From an uncultured Candidatus Saccharibacteria bacterium (GTDB taxonomy: Bacteria; Patescibacteriota; Minisyncoccia; UBA6257; GWB1-50-10): 64,000 bases of DNA. This document shows positions 62,294-64,000 of this stretch, in pieces (within the stretch, counting starts at the first letter, position 1; each line of letters opens with the position of its first letter). A model generated the notes under the pieces. That model worked only from the letters and a program-made list of their open reading frames with translations, was not told the origin of the DNA and did no database searches. The DNA lies in the NCBI GenBank assembly GCA_964357525.1, contig CAYHLH010000002.1:5287-69286 (forward strand). The letters are read 5' to 3'. The translations under genes were made by a program, and so were the position numbers.

Positions 62294-63223
62294 TCAGTTA
62301 GCCGCGAGAAGCACGACGATGCCGGCAAGGAAGAGCGCGGATGCGGCAATTTTTTGGATGGCCGCAATTCCAGTGAACGATTCCTTGAGCACGGAGGGGA
62401 ACCTCGCGGAGAGCGCGAACGCGAAGAGTTGCACGAAGAGGAACTGCACCCCCTGCAGGGCGTTCACGACGGCGACCGCGCCCGCCGGCGCGAGGTACAC
62501 GGCCGCGTTCTGGAGCACTCCCGCCGTCGCGCCCGCGCCCTGGATGCCGAGGAAAGTCCCTGTGCCTCCGCGTTTCGTCTCAGCCGGCGCTTCCGGCACG
62601 CGCTCCTTTTTCCGGAAGAGCTCGCTCCGCACGGAAGGCGAGAATGCGAATATCGCGAGTGCGGCGAGTGCGCCGAAAAGCCTTGCCCACAAAAGCCCGT
62701 CCCAGAAAGGCCCGAGGGAATACACGTATTTCAATGACACGAAGTACATCGCGAAGAGCAGCGCGGGAAAGAACGCAGCGCCGAGGCTAAGGAGGATGCG
62801 TTTGCCGCGCTGTGCGGTCACGACGACGCTCGCCGCTACGAAGAGGATGAGCGAGAGCGCCTGAGCGGAACCGATGGGCTCCCGTGGGAATACCGCGTAC
62901 GCAAGGAGGAGTGTGAGAAGGGGAAGGAGCCCGCCGATGGCGGGGATTATGCGCGAGGATTCGTGGACATTCAGGTTCTTATAGAACACGCCGAGCGCAA
63001 TGATGAAGATTATGCCTGAAAAGGCCGAGGTGAAGAGGAATTGCGCGCCTGGGAGAGGGAATCCGAAAAATGGGGCGAGCAAGACCACGAGCCCGCCCAG
63101 CGCGCCGACGTAGAAGGTGAATTGGAGGGGGCTCGGGACGACCTTCGCGAGTAGATATTTGTCCCCGACGGCGTTCACCGCGAAGAGAAGGTAGGCGAAA
63201 AGCGCCGCCGCAAGCCAGAGCAT
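62294..63223 (-). CDS. EamA/DMT-superfamily-like polytopic membrane transporter
   Basis: 309 aa with about 10 TM helices in two repeated halves. Its ATG is directly abutted by the 3' inverted repeat of the GIY-YIG element. Confidence 0.55.
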   Translation of the reverse strand: MLWLAAALFAYLLFAVNAVGDKYLLAKVVPSPLQFTFYVGALGGLVVLLAPFFGFPLPGAQFLFTSAFSGIIFIIALGVFYKNLNVHESSRIIPAIGGLLPLLTLLLAYAVFPREPIGSAQALSLILFVAASVVVTAQRGKRILLSLGAAFFPALLFAMYFVSLKYVYSLGPFWDGLLWARLFGALAALAIFAFSPSVRSELFRKKERVPEAPAETKRGGTGTFLGIQGAGATAGVLQNAAVYLAPAGAVAVVNALQGVQFLFVQLFAFALSARFPSVLKESFTGIAAIQKIAASALFLAGIVVLLAAN

Positions 63224-63541
63224 CCCAGTATATCAACTTCCAGTGACGCCAGACGCCCCTTTGGAACGCTGGTATTCCTGAAGTCGCAATCCGAGGAACC
63301 TCCGACCCTGGGTTCCCTTGAGATAGTGTTCCCTGCGTCTGGCGTCTTTTAAGTTTGTGCACCCCTCAAAGTACACGAGCTTGAATGGTCTGCGGGGAGC
63401 AGTTGCAAGGCTTTTGCCTTTTTCGTGCGCTTCCAATCTCTGCCTGAGGTTGGGAGCATACCCGATGTATCGTTTGTTGTCCTTCATGCTCTCCAAGACG
63501 TAGACATAGTGGAAGTGCACTCTGGAAGTTGTATTACTGGG
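63224..63541 (-). mobile_element. Type-B inverted-repeat element, full-length copy carrying a GIY-YIG gene (candidate parent of the copies at 15585 and 28440)
   Basis: Minus-strand reading: ATG-CCCAGTAATACAACTTCCAG...CTGGAAGTTGATATACTGGG-ATG. The 5' arm is the first codons of the GIY-YIG ORF. The 3' arm contains its TGA stop and ends exactly at the ATG of the 62294 gene. Confidence 0.55.
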
Positions 63542-63544
63542 CAT
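63233..63544 (-). CDS. Small GIY-YIG nuclease superfamily protein (YhbQ/UPF0213-like), 103 aa
   Basis: YVYVLESMKDNKRYIGYAPNLRQRLEAHEKGK...RRPFKLVYFEGCTNLKDARRREHYLK matches the GIY-YIG motif series. ATG 1 nt after the TAG stop of the upstream glycosyltransferase gene. Only the C-terminal 103 aa of the 206-aa track ORF are real. Confidence 0.7.
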   Translation of the reverse strand: MPSNTTSRVHFHYVYVLESMKDNKRYIGYAPNLRQRLEAHEKGKSLATAPRRPFKLVYFEGCTNLKDARRREHYLKGTQGRRFLGLRLQEYQRSKGASGVTGS

Positions 63545-63545
63545 C

Positions 63546-64000
63546 CTATTGCCGCGCGACGAGGCGCGCGATGTGTTCGGTGCCCTTTCGTTCCATCTTG
63601 ATGAATCCCTGCATCGCCGCCTCGGCGAACTTCCCCTCGTTAAGGAAATCGAAGAACCACTGTTCGGTGAACTGCACCGAGAGCTGGTCGAGCCCCGCGC
63701 CCGTGTAGAGGAGCCATTTGCGGTTCTGTATCTCCTGCGAGCCGATGGGAGGCGCGATGATGATGGGGATGCCGAACGCCCCGAAAAAGGAAAGCTCCGA
63801 CGGCTTTGTCCAAAGCACGTCCACCGAGTGGAGGAGTCCGTTGAATTTTTCAAAATATTCGTCCTTCGTGTCGGCGAAGAGGACGGTAAAGGTCTTCCCG
63901 AGATGTTCCTCGAGCCCGAGTTCGCGGGCGGCGCGCATGAATTCGTCTCGCGCGTCGGCGGAGACGCCGGCGACGAGGTGGAGGAGGATCTTCCCCGCGC
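63546..64000 (-). CDS. GT28-family glycosyltransferase (MGDG synthase/UgtP/MurG-like), C-terminal part; gene continues beyond the window end
   Basis: Frame open to nt 64000. Glyco_tran_28_C-like motif GIPIIIAPPIGSQEIQNRKWLLYTGAG. Confidence 0.5.
   Translation of the reverse strand, partial: AGKILLHLVAGVSADARDEFMRAARELGLEEHLGKTFTVLFADTKDEYFEKFNGLLHSVDVLWTKPSELSFFGAFGIPIIIAPPIGSQEIQNRKWLLYTGAGLDQLSVQFTEQWFFDFLNEGKFAEAAMQGFIKMERKGTEHIARLVARQ

Noticed and set aside
63233-63853. Full 206-aa extent of the minus-strand track ORF
   Set aside because: The N-terminal 103 aa are an in-frame run-on through the 3' end of the GT28 gene region (Ser/Arg-rich, no motifs). The real gene starts at the internal ATG (63544), 1 nt after the upstream stop, and encodes the GIY-YIG domain only.

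Overview
GC-rich bacterial chromosomal segment interrupted by several visibly AT-rich islands. About 75 protein-coding genes, 10 tRNA genes (Cys, Glu, Arg-GCG, Gly, Asp, Met-CAT, a second CAT tRNA, Arg-TCT, Phe, His), no rRNA and no CRISPR array. Housekeeping genes: 3' part of infB followed by rbfA, tyrS, clpP, ligA, gatC-gatA, a single-chain-type pheS, arfB. Also an ECF sigma / anti-sigma operon, and a complete type IV pilus / competence cluster (comF, pilM-N-O, pilB, pilT, pilC, major pilin, prepilin peptidase, four minor pilin/PilX-like genes). A copper island carries a P-type ATPase, a CcdA-like protein and DUF1573, and is bracketed by two paralogous small membrane-protein genes. Accessory, mostly AT-rich cargo: two proteins with type IX secretion C-terminal sorting domains, a DUF397 protein, a free-standing LAGLIDADG endonuclease overlapping tRNA-Asp, a Doc toxin with an HTH antitoxin, two paralogous Ser/Thr-rich secreted proteins, an NlpC/P60 peptidase and a VanY-like carboxypeptidase. 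Main non-obvious signals: (1) a family of inverted-repeat elements with termini CCCRGTAATACAACTTC...GAAGTTGATATACYGGG. The full copy carries a YhbQ-like GIY-YIG nuclease gene inside a tight operon, and two ~130-bp ORF-less derivatives keep its first 7 codons and sit flush against the start codons of pilB and a secreted-protein gene. A shorter related hairpin (type A) is fused to extended -10 promoters of four genes. (2) Elements of ~150 bp attached to the 3' ends of tRNA-Glu, tRNA-Gly and tRNA-Met, each holding an inverted copy of its own tRNA's T-arm and a direct repeat of the tRNA 3' end. (3) Two TrpR-like regulator genes, one frameshifted, each bracketed by its own perfect palindromes. (4) An array of AT-rich cassettes separated by a GC-rich repeat family sharing the core CTACGACGGCACC. 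(5) An 81-bp perfect tandem repeat. (6) A PheS fused to a PheT/mitochondrial-type FDX-ACB domain. (7) Many genes appear leaderless behind TGnTATAAT boxes. My own coordinates (tRNAs, repeats) may be off by 1-2 nt; CDS coordinates follow the supplied ORF track.
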